The translations under genes were made by a program, and so were the position numbers. The notes beneath the pieces were generated by a model, which was given only the letters and a program-made list of their open reading frames with translations, was not told the DNA's origin and searched no databases. This document shows, in pieces, positions 63,715 through 64,000 of a DNA stretch of 64,000 nucleotides. Position 1 is the first letter of the stretch. Each line of letters opens with the position of its first letter. Origin of the DNA: an uncultured delta proteobacterium (lineage in GTDB: Bacteria > Desulfobacterota > Desulfobulbia > Desulfobulbales > JAGXFP01); contig CAWEAD010000005.1 in the NCBI GenBank assembly GCA_963807225.1, forward strand, positions 646,893 to 710,892, read 5' to 3'.

Positions 63715-64000
63715 ATGTACAGACCACAAATCAAGGTAATCGACTGCACCGTCCGCGACGGTGGGCTTATGAACAAGTGGCAGTTCAGCGACGACTTCGT
63801 CCGCCATGTCTACCAGGCCCTGAGCAAGGGCGGGGTGGATTACATGGAGATCGGCTATCTCAGCTCCGAGGGCATGTTCTGCCGCAAGGAAATGGGGGCC
63901 TGGAAATTCTGCGCCGAAAGCGACTTGCAGAGGATCATCGGCGAGGAAGAGAAAACCATCAAGCTCTCGGCCATGGCCGACATCGGCCGGATCGACTACA
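63715..64000 (+). CDS. HMGL-like (pyruvate-carboxyltransferase/aldolase TIM-barrel) protein; N-terminal fragment, 3' end outside the window
   Basis: Begins MYRPQIKVIDCTVRDGGLMNKWQFSDDFVRHVYQALSKGGVDYMEIGY. GGAGAGA precedes the ATG. Confidence 0.65.
   Translation, partial: MYRPQIKVIDCTVRDGGLMNKWQFSDDFVRHVYQALSKGGVDYMEIGYLSSEGMFCRKEMGAWKFCAESDLQRIIGEEEKTIKLSAMADIGRIDY

Noticed and set aside
1-64000. Scan for tRNA, rRNA, transposase, integrase, reverse transcriptase, toxin-antitoxin pairs and cas genes.
   Set aside because: I saw no T-loop (GGTTCGAATCC-like) or rRNA-like sequence in intergenic DNA. No ORF carries DDE/tyrosine-recombinase/RT/Cas signatures recognisable by eye. Absence is by inspection only, not by tRNAscan/Infernal.

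Overview
This is a 64-kb, gene-dense bacterial chromosome segment with high GC (about 60-65 % by eye). The gene content suggests an anaerobe of the Desulfobacterota/Desulfuromonadia type, but this is inference only: it includes indolepyruvate:ferredoxin oxidoreductase, two PaaK-type ligases, a small siroheme sulfite-reductase-like protein, a B12-binding radical-SAM enzyme and the cobUTSC genes. I call about 58 protein-coding genes plus 2 decayed genes. I saw no rRNA, tRNA or CRISPR array.

Layout from left to right:
- 0-8 kb: housekeeping and miscellaneous enzymes.
- 7.9-14.4 kb: a TetR-OMF-MFP-RND efflux operon.
- 14.6-17.3 kb: two CsgG/LpoB-like exported proteins plus a frameshifted beta-barrel gene.
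- 17.6-21.8 kb: an MFS gene translationally coupled to an ACP/AMP-ligase/PlsC fusion.
- 22-31 kb: AGCS symporter, TrpB2 and an NdvB-like GH17-GT2 glucan synthase.
- 31.0-45.8 kb: a co-directional minus-strand supercluster (MFS, aminotransferase, PaaK, LivFGMHK, ACT, PaaK, IorBA).
- 46-54.5 kb: the cobS ... cobT-cobU-cobC genes behind a cobalamin riboswitch. They are split by a 5.3-kb insert whose right half is a low-GC islet (PilZ, two small membrane/exported proteins, a 6-TM ankyrin protein).
- 54.8-64 kb: NapH-like protein, a His-rich zinc-finger mini-protein, GluQRS, EttA, and a cNMP-PilZ / REC-PATAN-roadblock / decayed histidine kinase / roadblock signalling cluster. Eda and a partial HMGL-like gene follow.

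The items most worth a second look:
1. An inverted-repeat-bounded cassette carrying a four-helix-bundle (IVS-protein/Avd-family) gene. It also occurs as an 'empty' copy and as a 101-bp mini copy elsewhere in the window.
2. Two membrane proteins ending in the same unnamed Cys4 module (ILPICSxCKxIR...F[ST]HxxCPxC).
3. Several families of about 100-200-bp palindromic intergenic repeats inside operons, two of them with compensatory stem substitutions.
4. The low-GC islet that splits the cob cluster.
5. The GTPase-less roadblock/PATAN signalling cluster with a decayed kinase.

All family assignments come from motif recognition by eye. No database search was run.
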